Shown one piece after another: positions 27,461 through 37,716 of a stretch of DNA of 64,000 nt (position 1 is its first letter; each line of letters begins with the position of its first letter). The notes below the pieces were generated by a model. That model saw only the letters and a program-made list of their open reading frames with translations, searched no databases and was not told the origin of the DNA. Source of the DNA: Pseudomonadota bacterium (GTDB lineage Bacteria; Pseudomonadota; Gammaproteobacteria; Xanthomonadales; Rhodanobacteraceae); NCBI GenBank assembly GCA_018241145.1, contig JAFEEJ010000264.1, forward strand, positions 5,737 to 69,736. The letters run 5' to 3'. Made by a program: the position numbers and the translations under genes.

Positions 27461-28294
27461 ATGACCAGCATCACCCGCCATATCTCGAGTGACAATCCGC
27501 GCGTGATGGTCGTGGATGGTTCGAAGGTCGCGCGCAAGCTGATCGCGCAATTGCTGGAAAAGGAGCTGCCGGGCGTCAGCGTGATCGCCTGCGCAACCGG
27601 CGCCGAGGCGCAACGCGAATTGCAAGTCGGCGTGATCGATCTGGTCACCACCGCGCTGCGGCTGCCCGACATGGATGGCCTGGAATTGGCGCATTACGTG
27701 CGCGAGCACGCCCCGCAGGCCTACATTCCGATCGTCGCGGTTTCCGGCGACGTGCAGGAACGCCTGGTCAGGCGCGAGATCGGCGGCGACGTCACGGACT
27801 ATTTCGACAAGGCGCAGGGAATCCACGCCCTGGCGGAATTCATCCGCGGCTACGTGCGCCCGGAACCGAAGGGATCCGGCAGCGTGCTTTACGTGGAGGA
27901 CAGCCGGGTCGTGGCGCTGGCCACGCGTCGCATGCTCGAAAAATACGGCTTGGCGGTGACGCACGTCATCAGTGCGGAAGATGCCGTGGCATTGCTGGAC
28001 AGCGCGCGCGAACGCGGCGAAGCCGGCGCGGACCTGGTGCTGACCGACGTGAACCTGAAAGGGGAACTGTCCGGCGGCGACCTGCTTTCCCGCATCCGCG
28101 AACACTACGGCTACGGCAAGGGAACGCTGCCCGTGCTGGTGATGACCGGCGACGACAACCCCGTCAACCAGGCGGCGTTGCTGAAAGCCGGCGCCAACGA
28201 CCTGGTGCAGAAGCCGATCGAGGAACGGTTGCTCGTCACGAAACTGCTGTTCCAGTTGCGGGTGGCGCAGCGGCTGCGCGGGCAGAATGCCTGA
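27461..28294 (+). CDS. response regulator with two receiver (REC) domains and no output domain
   Basis: REC1 runs from about residue 14 to 125 and REC2 from about 150 to 270. REC2 has DLVLTDVNL, VLVMTGD and KP. REC1 has Ala where the phospho-acceptor Asp is expected (DLVTTALRLPDMDG). Confidence 0.85.
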   Translation: MTSITRHISSDNPRVMVVDGSKVARKLIAQLLEKELPGVSVIACATGAEAQRELQVGVIDLVTTALRLPDMDGLELAHYVREHAPQAYIPIVAVSGDVQERLVRREIGGDVTDYFDKAQGIHALAEFIRGYVRPEPKGSGSVLYVEDSRVVALATRRMLEKYGLAVTHVISAEDAVALLDSARERGEAGADLVLTDVNLKGELSGGDLLSRIREHYGYGKGTLPVLVMTGDDNPVNQAALLKAGANDLVQKPIEERLLVTKLLFQLRVAQRLRGQNA

Positions 28295-28300
28295 TTCGAC

Positions 28301-29032
28301 GTGGAGCCGGCCATGGGCGATGCGCGCCTGAAACTGGATGAATCCTGGAAGGCACGGCTCGGCGACTGTTTCGACACGCCGCAGATGATCGCGTTGCGCG
28401 AGTTCCTGCTGGCGCGCAAGCGCGCCGGGGCCCGCATCTTCCCGCCCGGTCCGCGGATCTTCGCCGCGCTCGATGCCACGCCCTTCGACAAGGTGAAAGT
28501 GGTGATCCTCGGGCAGGATCCCTACCACGGGCCGGGGCAGGCGCACGGGTTGTGCTTTTCCGTGCCGCCCGGGGTGCCGCCGCCACCTTCGCTCGTCAAC
28601 ATCTTCGCCGAGATCGAGCGCGATCCGGGCCTGCCCCGCCCCGATCACGGCTGCCTGATCCCATGGGCGCAACGCGGCGTGCTGCTGCTGAACTCGGTGC
28701 TGACGGTGGAAGCCGGTCGACCCGGTTCGCACCAGGGCAAGGGCTGGGAAGGATTCACCGATCGCGTGATCGACGAATTGAACCGCGGCCGCGAAGGGCT
28801 GGTTTTCCTGCTGTGGGGCTCGTACGCGCAGGCCAAGGGGCGCCTGATCGATCGCCATCGCCACCTCGTCCTGCAGGCACCGCATCCTTCGCCGCTTTCG
28901 GCACATCGCGGCTTTCTCGGGTGCGGTCATTTCCCGGCCGCCAACCGCTATCTGGAAAGCCGGGGGCAAACGCCGATCGACTGGGCCCTCCCGCCAGGGT
29001 CGGCTTTGGGGCCGGGTTGGGACCGGTTGTAA
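28301..29032 (+). CDS. ung: uracil-DNA glycosylase
   Basis: [24 protein letters not shown] and HPSPLSA motifs are present. The start is GTG at 28301 or ATG at 28313. Confidence 0.93.
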   Translation: MEPAMGDARLKLDESWKARLGDCFDTPQMIALREFLLARKRAGARIFPPGPRIFAALDATPFDKVKVVILGQDPYHGPGQAHGLCFSVPPGVPPPPSLVNIFAEIERDPGLPRPDHGCLIPWAQRGVLLLNSVLTVEAGRPGSHQGKGWEGFTDRVIDELNRGREGLVFLLWGSYAQAKGRLIDRHRHLVLQAPHPSPLSAHRGFLGCGHFPAANRYLESRGQTPIDWALPPGSALGPGWDRL

Positions 29033-29054
29033 TTTCTGAACGAATTGGTATAAT
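29027..29054 (+). promoter_or_regulatory. candidate sigma-70 promoter for rpoH
   Basis: The -35 element is TTGTAA (29027-29032, overlapping the ung stop). A 16-nt spacer precedes the consensus -10 TATAAT (29049-29054). It lies about 100 nt upstream of the rpoH ATG. Confidence 0.55.
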
Positions 29055-29152
29055 TATTCCCGTCAAGCGGCGGGATTCCACGGAACCCCGGCCGCGTTTG
29101 GCACTCCAATGCAGCGAGTGCCAAAATCGCCAATTCCGGAGGGAAGACCCGC

Positions 29153-30013
<861 letters not shown>

Positions 30014-30045
30014 GCCCGCCAACGAAAGTCGAAAGTGGAATGCAG

Positions 30046-30077
30046 GAAGAGCCGCAGCGATGCGGCTCTTCGTTTTT
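30046..30077 (+). terminator. intrinsic terminator of rpoH
   Basis: The 11-bp stem gaagagccgca-gcga-tgcggctcttc is followed by gttttt. Confidence 0.85.
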
Positions 30078-30263
30078 CCGGTTCGCGACCTTCGATTTCC
30101 TTTGAGGAAACCCTGATTTATCGGAGTTTCCGAGCGGCACATGGACGTGCCGCATGCGAATCAGGCACGCTCGTGTTGCATGCGCTTGATTCGCGAAACC
30201 GGGTCCGGACATGCACCGGACTGGGCGCGCTCTGACGAATCCGGGATGGACTGGTTCGGAGCC

Positions 30264-32450
30264 TCAATAGACATCCACGGGATCGACATCCACCGACCAG
30301 CGCAATCCGCGCGGTTGCGACAATTCCTGCAGGCGTGGCCACCAGATCGAGAGCGCGTGGCGCAGCGGCGCGCGCGAGCCGGATTCGAGCAACAATTGCG
30401 CACGGTGGCGGCCGGCGCGCAGCGGCATCGGCGCGGGCAGCGGGCCGTTGATGCGCACGCGTTCATCCGCTGGAAACGCGCGCAGCGCGGCGTCGAGGAA
30501 GGCATCCAGTGCCGCGGCGTCGACCGATTCCGCGCGCAGCAGGATCATGTGCGCGAATGGCGGCAGGTCGAGTGCGCGGCGTTCTTCGAGCATCTCCTGC
30601 GCGGCCGCCGGATAACCGCCGCGCAAAAGCGTGGCCAGCAGCGGATGATCCGGCATGTGCGTCTGCAACCACACCTCGCCGGGCTTGTCGGCGCGGCCGG
30701 CGCGGCCGGCGACCTGCACGATCAGTTGCGCCAGCTTTTCGCCGGCGCGGAAATCGACGCTGTGCAGCCCCTCGTCGACGCCCACGATCGCGACCGTGGT
30801 GAGGTTCGGCAGGTCGTGGCCCTTGGCCAGCATCTGCGTGCCGACCAGGATGGCCGGCTTGTCGTGCGCGAGTTCGTCCAGCAGCTTCTCGAAGGCGTCG
30901 CGCCGGCGCGTGCTCTCGCGATCCACCCGCAATACCGGAACCTGCGGGTAGCGTGCGCGCAGCGCATCTTCGAGGCGCTCGGTGCCATGGCCTTGCGGGA
31001 TCAACGCCGCCGTCCGGCATTGCGAGCATGATTGCGGCAGCGGTTGGGCGAAGCCGCAGTGGTGGCACAGCAATCGCGCGCGGCCGCGATGCACGGTCAG
31101 CGGACGCTCGCAATGCGGGCACGCCGCGTGCCAGCCGCAGGCGTGGCACAGCAGCACCGGCGCGTATCCTCGACGGTTCCTGAAAACCAGCGCCTGTTCA
31201 CCGCGCGCGATGCAGGCGTCGAGCGCTTCCAGCAGGACCGGTGAAAGCCCGTGGCGCATCCTCAGGCCGCGCAGGTTCAGCACGTGCACCGGCGAGGCGG
31301 GCCGTGCATGCACGCGTCGACGCAACCTCAGCAACGTGTAACGCCCCGTTTCCACATTGGCCAGACTGTCCAGCGAAGGCGTTGCCGAGCCCAGCACGAT
31401 CGGCACATCCAGCGAATGCGCGCGCCACACGGCAAGGTCGCGCGCGTGATAGCGGAAGCCCTCCTGTTGCTTGTACGAGGCATCGTGTTCCTCGTCGATC
31501 ACGATCAGGCCCGCTCGCCGCAGCGGCGCGAAGGCCGCCGAGCGCGTGCCCAGCACGATCGCGGCTTCGCCATGCAACGCCGACAGCCATGCGCGCGCAC
31601 GATCGCCTTCGGCCAGGTTGGAATGCAACACCGCGATCGGCGCATCGAAACGCGCGCGCAAACGGCGCAGCATTTGCGGAATCAGCCCGATTTCGGGCAC
31701 CAGCACCAGGCTCTGCCGGCCGGCGCGCAGCGCGCGTTCGATCAGTTCCAGGTAGACCTCGGTCTTGCCGCTGCCGGTGACGCCTTCCAGCAGCCACGGC
31801 CGGGGATCCCGGGCGTCCGCGCGCATGCCTTCCAGTGCCTTGGCTTGCTCTTCGGTCAAAGGTTGCGCGCGTGGTTTGCACCGCCACTCGCTTCGCGCCG
31901 GCGGGACGACGGTCTCGATCAATCCGGCGTCGCGCAGTCGCCGCGACGCGGCACGCCACTTCGGCAGCAGCGCGTCCAGCTCATCCGCGCGCAACGGCGA
32001 TTCGGCCAGCGCGCGCAGCAATCCGGCGGATGATCCGCGCCGGCTGCGGGCATCCAGCGCGCTGCGTCCCGCGACGGTCAACCTCCAGGCTTCGTCGTCC
32101 GGCCGCGGCGGCGCCTTGCCCTCGCGCAACCACGACGGCAGCGCGCCGAACAGCACCTCGCCGATCGCGCCGCACCAGTATTCGCCGGCGCGCGACAGGC
32201 TCGCCAGCAATTCCGGCGTGAACAGCGGCGCCGAATCCAGCACGCGCTGCACCGGTTTCAACTGTTCGCGCGGCCATTCGGAAGCACCGGCAGAATCGAG
32301 CACGATGCCGATGCGGCGCGACCGTCCGAACGGCACTTCCACCCGCGTGCCCGGCGGCGGGACGCATCCATCCCGCGGCAGGAGGTAATCGAACGTGCGC
32401 GGCAGCGGCACCGGCAGCGCAATGCGCAGGATGTCGTGCGCCGGATTCAT
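30264..32450 (-). CDS. priA: primosomal replication-restart helicase PriA
   Basis: LRIALPVPLPRTFDYLLP is a typical PriA N-terminus. The Walker A motif GVTGSGKTEVY, DEEHD, and a Cys-rich zinc-binding insert (CHACGW..CPHC..CHHCG..CSQC) are present. The ATG is at 32450. Confidence 0.92.
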   Translation of the reverse strand: MNPAHDILRIALPVPLPRTFDYLLPRDGCVPPPGTRVEVPFGRSRRIGIVLDSAGASEWPREQLKPVQRVLDSAPLFTPELLASLSRAGEYWCGAIGEVLFGALPSWLREGKAPPRPDDEAWRLTVAGRSALDARSRRGSSAGLLRALAESPLRADELDALLPKWRAASRRLRDAGLIETVVPPARSEWRCKPRAQPLTEEQAKALEGMRADARDPRPWLLEGVTGSGKTEVYLELIERALRAGRQSLVLVPEIGLIPQMLRRLRARFDAPIAVLHSNLAEGDRARAWLSALHGEAAIVLGTRSAAFAPLRRAGLIVIDEEHDASYKQQEGFRYHARDLAVWRAHSLDVPIVLGSATPSLDSLANVETGRYTLLRLRRRVHARPASPVHVLNLRGLRMRHGLSPVLLEALDACIARGEQALVFRNRRGYAPVLLCHACGWHAACPHCERPLTVHRGRARLLCHHCGFAQPLPQSCSQCRTAALIPQGHGTERLEDALRARYPQVPVLRVDRESTRRRDAFEKLLDELAHDKPAILVGTQMLAKGHDLPNLTTVAIVGVDEGLHSVDFRAGEKLAQLIVQVAGRAGRADKPGEVWLQTHMPDHPLLATLLRGGYPAAAQEMLEERRALDLPPFAHMILLRAESVDAAALDAFLDAALRAFPADERVRINGPLPAPMPLRAGRHRAQLLLESGSRAPLRHALSIWWPRLQELSQPRGLRWSVDVDPVDVY

Positions 32451-32540
32451 GCACGCGCCCTCGGACGTGACTTGCATGAACTTGTTTGTGCGCCGGTCAG
32501 GAACGCCGCGCAAGTTGCCGCCCGCGCGATGGTTTCTCTT

Positions 32541-32575
32541 TTATCCACAAAGCGTGTGGATAACGCTGTGGAAAG
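32541..32575. promoter_or_regulatory. cluster of three DnaA boxes (two perfect, one 8/9)
   Basis: The boxes are TTATCCACA (32541-32549), TGTGGATAA (32555-32563, opposite orientation) and TGTGGAAAG (32567-32575). They lie 90-125 bp upstream of the priA start, in a locally AT-richer stretch. Confidence 0.6.
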
Positions 32576-32783
32576 CCGCCCGCGCGCACTGCCGCAAAGG
32601 GCATCGGTGCGTGACCCGCGACGGCTTGGCGAAATTTTCATCAATCGGAAATCATGCTTGTCGATCAAGCAGATAGTGTTTCGGCTCGGGCGTGATGAAT
32701 CCGGATGCTGGGGGTTGCCGGCGCCTGCGCGGAGGACGTTTGACGCTGTGCACAACCGCATGGCGGGAACCCAAGTCCTGCCT

Positions 32784-33092
32784 TCATTCCAGCGGCCGCA
32801 GCAAGCCGCGGGTGGCACGCACGCGATCGCCGAAACGGGCGCCGGCCCCGCGCATGCGCGGGGCGTGTTCGCGCAGGTATTCGTCGAAGGCCGCGCGGTC
32901 GCGCAGCCGATACTGCACGCGGTAGCCGATCCGGCCCGGCAGCGGCGCGGGTTCGAGCCGTTCGTGGATCTCCGCACCGAGGAAACCGGACAGTGCCAGC
33001 ATCTCGCGCACGTGTTCGCGCAGCCACGGCAGGTATTCGGCGGCGAGCGCCGCATCCACGTCCAGGTCGACGACGTACACGAGGGCGCTCAT
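32784..33092 (-). CDS. DUF4286 family protein
   Basis: The ~100-aa product MSALVYVVDLDVDAALAAEYLPWLREHV resembles DUF4286 small alpha/beta proteins. Its start overlaps the upstream stop (ATGA). Confidence 0.6.
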   Translation of the reverse strand: MSALVYVVDLDVDAALAAEYLPWLREHVREMLALSGFLGAEIHERLEPAPLPGRIGYRVQYRLRDRAAFDEYLREHAPRMRGAGARFGDRVRATRGLLRPLE

Positions 33093-34306
33093 GCGCTCGC
33101 CATGCTCAGCACGAAGGCGACGGCGACGGCGATGCTGAGCAGCACGGTGTAACAGATGCCGATGCACCCGTACTTGAGGGTGGTGAAGAACCAGCCCTGC
33201 ATGTACACGCGCTTCTGCATCAGGAACAGGTACACGAACAGCCAGATCCAGGCCGCGGCGATCGCAAGTCCCAGCGGCACGCCCACCCAGGCCGCGTGCG
33301 GGGCGATCAGCGCCTTCAGCGCCGCCAGCGCGAACAGCACCAGCAGCGAGAGAAAGATGAAGGCGTGGCTGTGCAGCGCCACGATCAGGTGTTCCATGTA
33401 GAGCCTGCGCTTGAAGATGAAGAACACCTTCAGGATCACCGCGAACAACGGCAGCAACACGAACATCGTCTGCGGCAACAGCGAGAACACCCCGGCGGTC
33501 ATGCGCTGGACCGCGGCGTTGCGGGTATCGGCGTGCTTCAGCGCGAGCAGGTTATCGCGCATGCGTTCCCCGGCCTGGTTGATCCAGTCGTTGGCGAAGC
33601 CGGGCAACCAGTGGATATGGACTTGCTGGCGCGGCAGTTCCCAGGTGTCGCCGCCGGGCAGGTTGAGATCGGTGCTGTGGTCGGCTTCTTCGGGGGTCCA
33701 GGCCGCGGGCGCCGATGAAACTGCCGTTGCGCTGCCCGCCGCGGCCGGGGCGCCTTGCCGTTTCAATTCCACCAGTCGATCCGCAGCCGCGCTCTGGATG
33801 CGCTGGCGCGCGACGACCAGTGCGGCTTTCGCCGAAGGCGGCATTTCGGGTTGCGTCTCCGCATGATCGAGTTTCGCCAACGCATCTTTTTCCTGCGCGC
33901 GCACCTGCGCGGGCGTGTGAGCGTCTGCAAAGGACGCGCCGCCGGCGCGGCTGTCGTCGAACCGCAAACCGGAACTGTCGAACGCAAGGTGCATCACGAA
34001 GAACGCGATCAGGGCGAGGAAGAACATCAGCCGGAACGGCGTGACGTAGCGCACGCGCCTGCCCGCGAAATATTCGCGGGTCAGGAAACCGGGCCTGAAG
34101 TACAACGCCGGCAGCGTGCGCAGCACGCGCGAATCGATGTTGAACAGCGTGTCCAGCACGTCGCCCAGCACGCCGGAAAGGTGCCGGATCAGCCCCTTCA
34201 CCGGCTGCCCGCATTGATAGCAGTACTCGCCGTACAGCGGCGCCCCGCAATTGGCGCAGGCGGCGCTTGATGCGGGCGGCGGTACCGGTTCCTGTTTGGT
34301 TACCAT
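33089..34306 (-). CDS. DUF3667 domain-containing membrane protein
   Basis: An N-terminal zinc-ribbon CANCGAPLYGEYCYQCG is followed by RTLPALYFRPGFLTREY and several TM segments, the typical DUF3667 layout. The ATG is at 34306. Confidence 0.7.
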   Translation of the reverse strand: MVTKQEPVPPPASSAACANCGAPLYGEYCYQCGQPVKGLIRHLSGVLGDVLDTLFNIDSRVLRTLPALYFRPGFLTREYFAGRRVRYVTPFRLMFFLALIAFFVMHLAFDSSGLRFDDSRAGGASFADAHTPAQVRAQEKDALAKLDHAETQPEMPPSAKAALVVARQRIQSAAADRLVELKRQGAPAAAGSATAVSSAPAAWTPEEADHSTDLNLPGGDTWELPRQQVHIHWLPGFANDWINQAGERMRDNLLALKHADTRNAAVQRMTAGVFSLLPQTMFVLLPLFAVILKVFFIFKRRLYMEHLIVALHSHAFIFLSLLVLFALAALKALIAPHAAWVGVPLGLAIAAAWIWLFVYLFLMQKRVYMQGWFFTTLKYGCIGICYTVLLSIAVAVAFVLSMASA

Positions 34307-34331
34307 GCTGCGACTGGCCTGATGGATCCCG

Positions 34332-35720
34332 ATGCGCATTCTAGCTTTCGACCGCGCGCGCTACGTGCGCGAAACCCGCGCCACCGTGAAACTCGCGCTG
34401 CCGTTGATCGCCGGGCAACTGTCCTCGGTCGGCATGAACGCGGTGGACGTGGTGCTGGCCGGTCATTACAACACGCACACGCTGGCGGCGGTCGCGGTCG
34501 GCGCCACCGTCTGGCTGCTGGCGCTGGTGATCGCGATCGGCGTGATGATGGCGCTGCCGCCGTCGGTCGCGCACCTGGACGGCGCCGGCAGCCGCGAGGC
34601 AATCGGCCCGCTGTTCCGGCAGGCATTGCTGCTGGCCGGCACGCTCGGCGTGCTGCTGTGGTTCGGCGTGAGGCATGCGGAACCGCTGTTGCACCTGCTC
34701 GGTGTGGAAGCGGAATTGCTGCCCGACGTGCAGGCGTTCCTGCACGCGCTGAGCTGGGGTGCGCCGGCGGTATGTTTCTACTACAGCCTGCGCGGCGTCT
34801 CCGAAGGCATGAGCTGGACGCGGCCGACGATGTTCTTCGGCTTCACCGGGTTGTGCGCGTTGATCCCGCTGGGCTACGTTTTCATCTACGGCAGGCTCGG
34901 CCTGCCGGCGTTCGGCGCGCGCGGCAGCGGCATCGCCAACGCGATCGTGCTGTGGCTGCAAGTGGTCGCGTTCGCGGCGTACGTGAAATGGTCGCCGCGT
35001 TATCTTCCGCTGCATCTGTTTGCGCGATTCGAAAAACCCGATCCGCGCGCGCTCGCGGGCCTCCTGCACATCGGCGTGCCGATGGCGGTGACCCTGCTGA
35101 TGGAAGCGGGCATGTTTTCGATCGCGGCGCTGCTGATCAGCCGGCTCGGCACGGTGGCCGTGGCCGCGCACCAGGTCGCGATCAACGTGGCTTCGATCAC
35201 CTTCATGGTGCCGCTGGGCCTGGCGCTGGCGATCACGGTGCGCGTGGGCAACGCCGCCGGCCGCAACGACCCGCACGGCGTGCGCTACGCGGGCCTCGGC
35301 GGGATTTCGCTGACGCTGGCGACGCAATGCGTGGCGTCCGCGCTGATGCTCGGCATGCCGCACGCGATCGCGCGGCTCTACACCGATGCGCCGGCCGTGC
35401 TCGCGCTGGCCGCGCAATTGCTGATGCTGGCCGGCGCGTTCCAGTTCGCCGACGGCATCCAGGTGGCTTCCAACGGCGCGCTGCGCGGGTTGAAGGACAC
35501 GCGCGTGCCGATGCTGATCACCGTGCTGGCGTACTGGGGCGTCGGCATGCCGATCGGCTACGCGCTGGCCTTCCATGCCGGCTGGCGCACGCCCGGCATG
35601 TGGGTGGGCTTGAACGCCGGCCTGTATGCGGCGGCGGCCCTGCTGCTGGCAAGGTTCGTGCGCCTCGCGCGCCGCGGCGACTGGAAGCGCGCACCGCTGC
35701 CGGTGTCGATGCAGCCGTGA
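34332..35720 (+). CDS. norM: MATE family multidrug efflux transporter (NorM-like)
   Basis: The N-terminus is KLALPLIAGQLSSVGMNAVDVVLAGH. It has 12 TM segments, and its ~460-aa length is typical of NorM. Confidence 0.85.
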   Translation: MRILAFDRARYVRETRATVKLALPLIAGQLSSVGMNAVDVVLAGHYNTHTLAAVAVGATVWLLALVIAIGVMMALPPSVAHLDGAGSREAIGPLFRQALLLAGTLGVLLWFGVRHAEPLLHLLGVEAELLPDVQAFLHALSWGAPAVCFYYSLRGVSEGMSWTRPTMFFGFTGLCALIPLGYVFIYGRLGLPAFGARGSGIANAIVLWLQVVAFAAYVKWSPRYLPLHLFARFEKPDPRALAGLLHIGVPMAVTLLMEAGMFSIAALLISRLGTVAVAAHQVAINVASITFMVPLGLALAITVRVGNAAGRNDPHGVRYAGLGGISLTLATQCVASALMLGMPHAIARLYTDAPAVLALAAQLLMLAGAFQFADGIQVASNGALRGLKDTRVPMLITVLAYWGVGMPIGYALAFHAGWRTPGMWVGLNAGLYAAAALLLARFVRLARRGDWKRAPLPVSMQP

Positions 35721-35786
35721 CGCGGATCGCCGGCTCGGCTACGCTGGCGGTCCACGAATCGATTGGCGCGAGCAAGGCAGGATCAC

Positions 35787-37631
35787 ATGGCGGCGCAACA
35801 ACAGTCCGGCGGCTTCTGGAGCGGTCTGCGCGCCGTCGGGCGCGGCATCAACATGGTGCGGCTGGTGATCATCAACGTGATTTTCTTCGCGATCCTGCTG
35901 GTGATCCTGGTCGCGGCGGGGCACGGCGTGGCCGAGGTCGCGCCGAACAGCGTGCTGGTGCTGAAGCCCGATGGCCAGCTGGTCGAGCAGTTCAGCATCG
36001 ATCCCGTCAGCCGCGCGCTGGCGCGGATGTCCGGGCAGGACTCCGGACAGGTGCAGGTGCGCGACCTGGTCGGGGTGATCGATGCGGCGGCGCGCGACGG
36101 CAACATCAAGCGCATCCTGCTGGAACCCGACCAGTTGCAACCCGGCGGGTTCGCCGCGCTGGAGGAAGTGGGCGCGGCGCTGGATCGTTTCCGCAAGGCC
36201 GGCAAGCAGGTGTACGTGTGGAGCGCCGGCATGGACCAGGGCCAGTACCTGCTGGCCGCGCACGCCGACAGGATCCTGCTGGATCCGCAGGGCGCATTGC
36301 TGATCACCGGCCTGTCGAACTACCGCAGCTACTACAAGGATCTGCTGGACAAGCTCGGGGTGCACGCGCACCTGTTCCGGGTCGGGCAGTTCAAGTCCGC
36401 GGCCGAGCCCTTCATCCAGGATGCGCCTTCGCCCGCGTCGATCGAAGCCGATCAATACTGGCTCGGCGGCCTGTGGGATACCTGGCTCACCGAAGTCGGC
36501 AAGCGGCGCGGCATCGACGCGAACACGCTGCGCAACGAGATCAACGCGCTGCCGCAGGAAATCCGCAACGCCCGCGGCGACACCGCGCAGCTCGCGTTGC
36601 AGCTGCACCTGGTCGACGAGTTGGCCACGCCGCAACAGGTCGTGAAGCTGATGCAGAAGCTGGGCACGCCCGACGACAGCGGCAATGGCTTCCGCGGCAT
36701 CGACTTCGACGGATACCTGCCGCGCGTGCAGGGCCTGGCATTCGGCAAGCCGCTGGTGGCGGTGGTGGTCGCGGAGGGCGACATCGTCCCGGGCAAGCAG
36801 AACCCCGGCACGATCGGCGGCGAATCGACTTCCGCGTTGATCCGCGCGGCGCGCAACAACCGCAACGTGCGCGCGATCGTGTTGCGCGTGAATTCCCCCG
36901 GCGGCGAAGTCTATGCGGCCGAGGAAATCCGCCGCGAAGTGCAGCTCGCGCGCGAAGCGGGCAAGCCGGTGGTCGTGTCGATGGGCGACGTCGCGGCCAG
37001 CGGCGGCTACTGGATTTCGATGGACGCCGATCGCATCTTCGCCGAGCCCGACACCATCACCGGTTCCATCGGCATTTTCGGCCTGTTCTTCACCGCCGAG
37101 GACGGCCTGTCGAAACTCGGCATCCATACCGACGGCGTGGCCACCGCACCGCTGGCGGGCGCCTTCGACATCCGCCGGCCGCTGGATCCCGATCTGGGCG
37201 CGATGATCCAGAGCATCATCGACAAGGGTTACCAGGATTTCGTCGGCGGCGTGGCGCGTGCGCGCGGCAAGAGCTTCGCCGACATCGACGCCATCGCGCA
37301 GGGCCGCGTGTGGAGCGGCGCGCAGGCGCTGCAGCGAGGGTTGGTGGATCAACTCGGCGGCTTGAGCGACGCGATCCGGCTGGCGGCGCAGGACGCCAAG
37401 CTCGGCAACAACTACGCGATCAGCTACGTCGAAAAGCCGATGAGTCCGTTCCAGCGTTTCCTGCTGAACTTCGGCGACGGCTCCGCCGCGCACATCCTCG
37501 CCGCGCTCGGCGTGCGGCTGCCGGATTTCGTCGCGCAGATTCCGAAGCTGGCGCCGGAACTGCAATTGCTGCAACACGCGCAGGCAGGCAAGCCGCAGGT
37601 GTATTCGTACTGTTTCTGCACGGTACGCTGA
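35787..37631 (+). CDS. sppA: signal peptide peptidase SppA, 67K type
   Basis: It has an N-terminal TM segment, two S49 domains, and the catalytic-region sequence MGDVAASGGYWIS. The ATG at 35787 has an AAGG..AGGA RBS. The ORF-track start at 35763 is TTG. Confidence 0.88.
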   Translation: MAAQQQSGGFWSGLRAVGRGINMVRLVIINVIFFAILLVILVAAGHGVAEVAPNSVLVLKPDGQLVEQFSIDPVSRALARMSGQDSGQVQVRDLVGVIDAAARDGNIKRILLEPDQLQPGGFAALEEVGAALDRFRKAGKQVYVWSAGMDQGQYLLAAHADRILLDPQGALLITGLSNYRSYYKDLLDKLGVHAHLFRVGQFKSAAEPFIQDAPSPASIEADQYWLGGLWDTWLTEVGKRRGIDANTLRNEINALPQEIRNARGDTAQLALQLHLVDELATPQQVVKLMQKLGTPDDSGNGFRGIDFDGYLPRVQGLAFGKPLVAVVVAEGDIVPGKQNPGTIGGESTSALIRAARNNRNVRAIVLRVNSPGGEVYAAEEIRREVQLAREAGKPVVVSMGDVAASGGYWISMDADRIFAEPDTITGSIGIFGLFFTAEDGLSKLGIHTDGVATAPLAGAFDIRRPLDPDLGAMIQSIIDKGYQDFVGGVARARGKSFADIDAIAQGRVWSGAQALQRGLVDQLGGLSDAIRLAAQDAKLGNNYAISYVEKPMSPFQRFLLNFGDGSAAHILAALGVRLPDFVAQIPKLAPELQLLQHAQAGKPQVYSYCFCTVR

Positions 37632-37716
37632 TCGTCGTCAGGCGCGCGTTCGCGCGCGTCCGGTGCCACGTGAGCGATGAATCGCGGACGGTCAGCGGCA
37701 AAAGCTGGATGCTGTT

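Noticed and set aside
32541-32575. The DnaA-box cluster as the chromosomal origin (oriC).
   Set aside because: Only three boxes are present, with no AT-rich 13-mer-type unwinding element and no dnaA, dnaN, gidA or parAB context. The spacer is short and doubles as the priA promoter region. It is better treated as a DARS-like or regulatory site.
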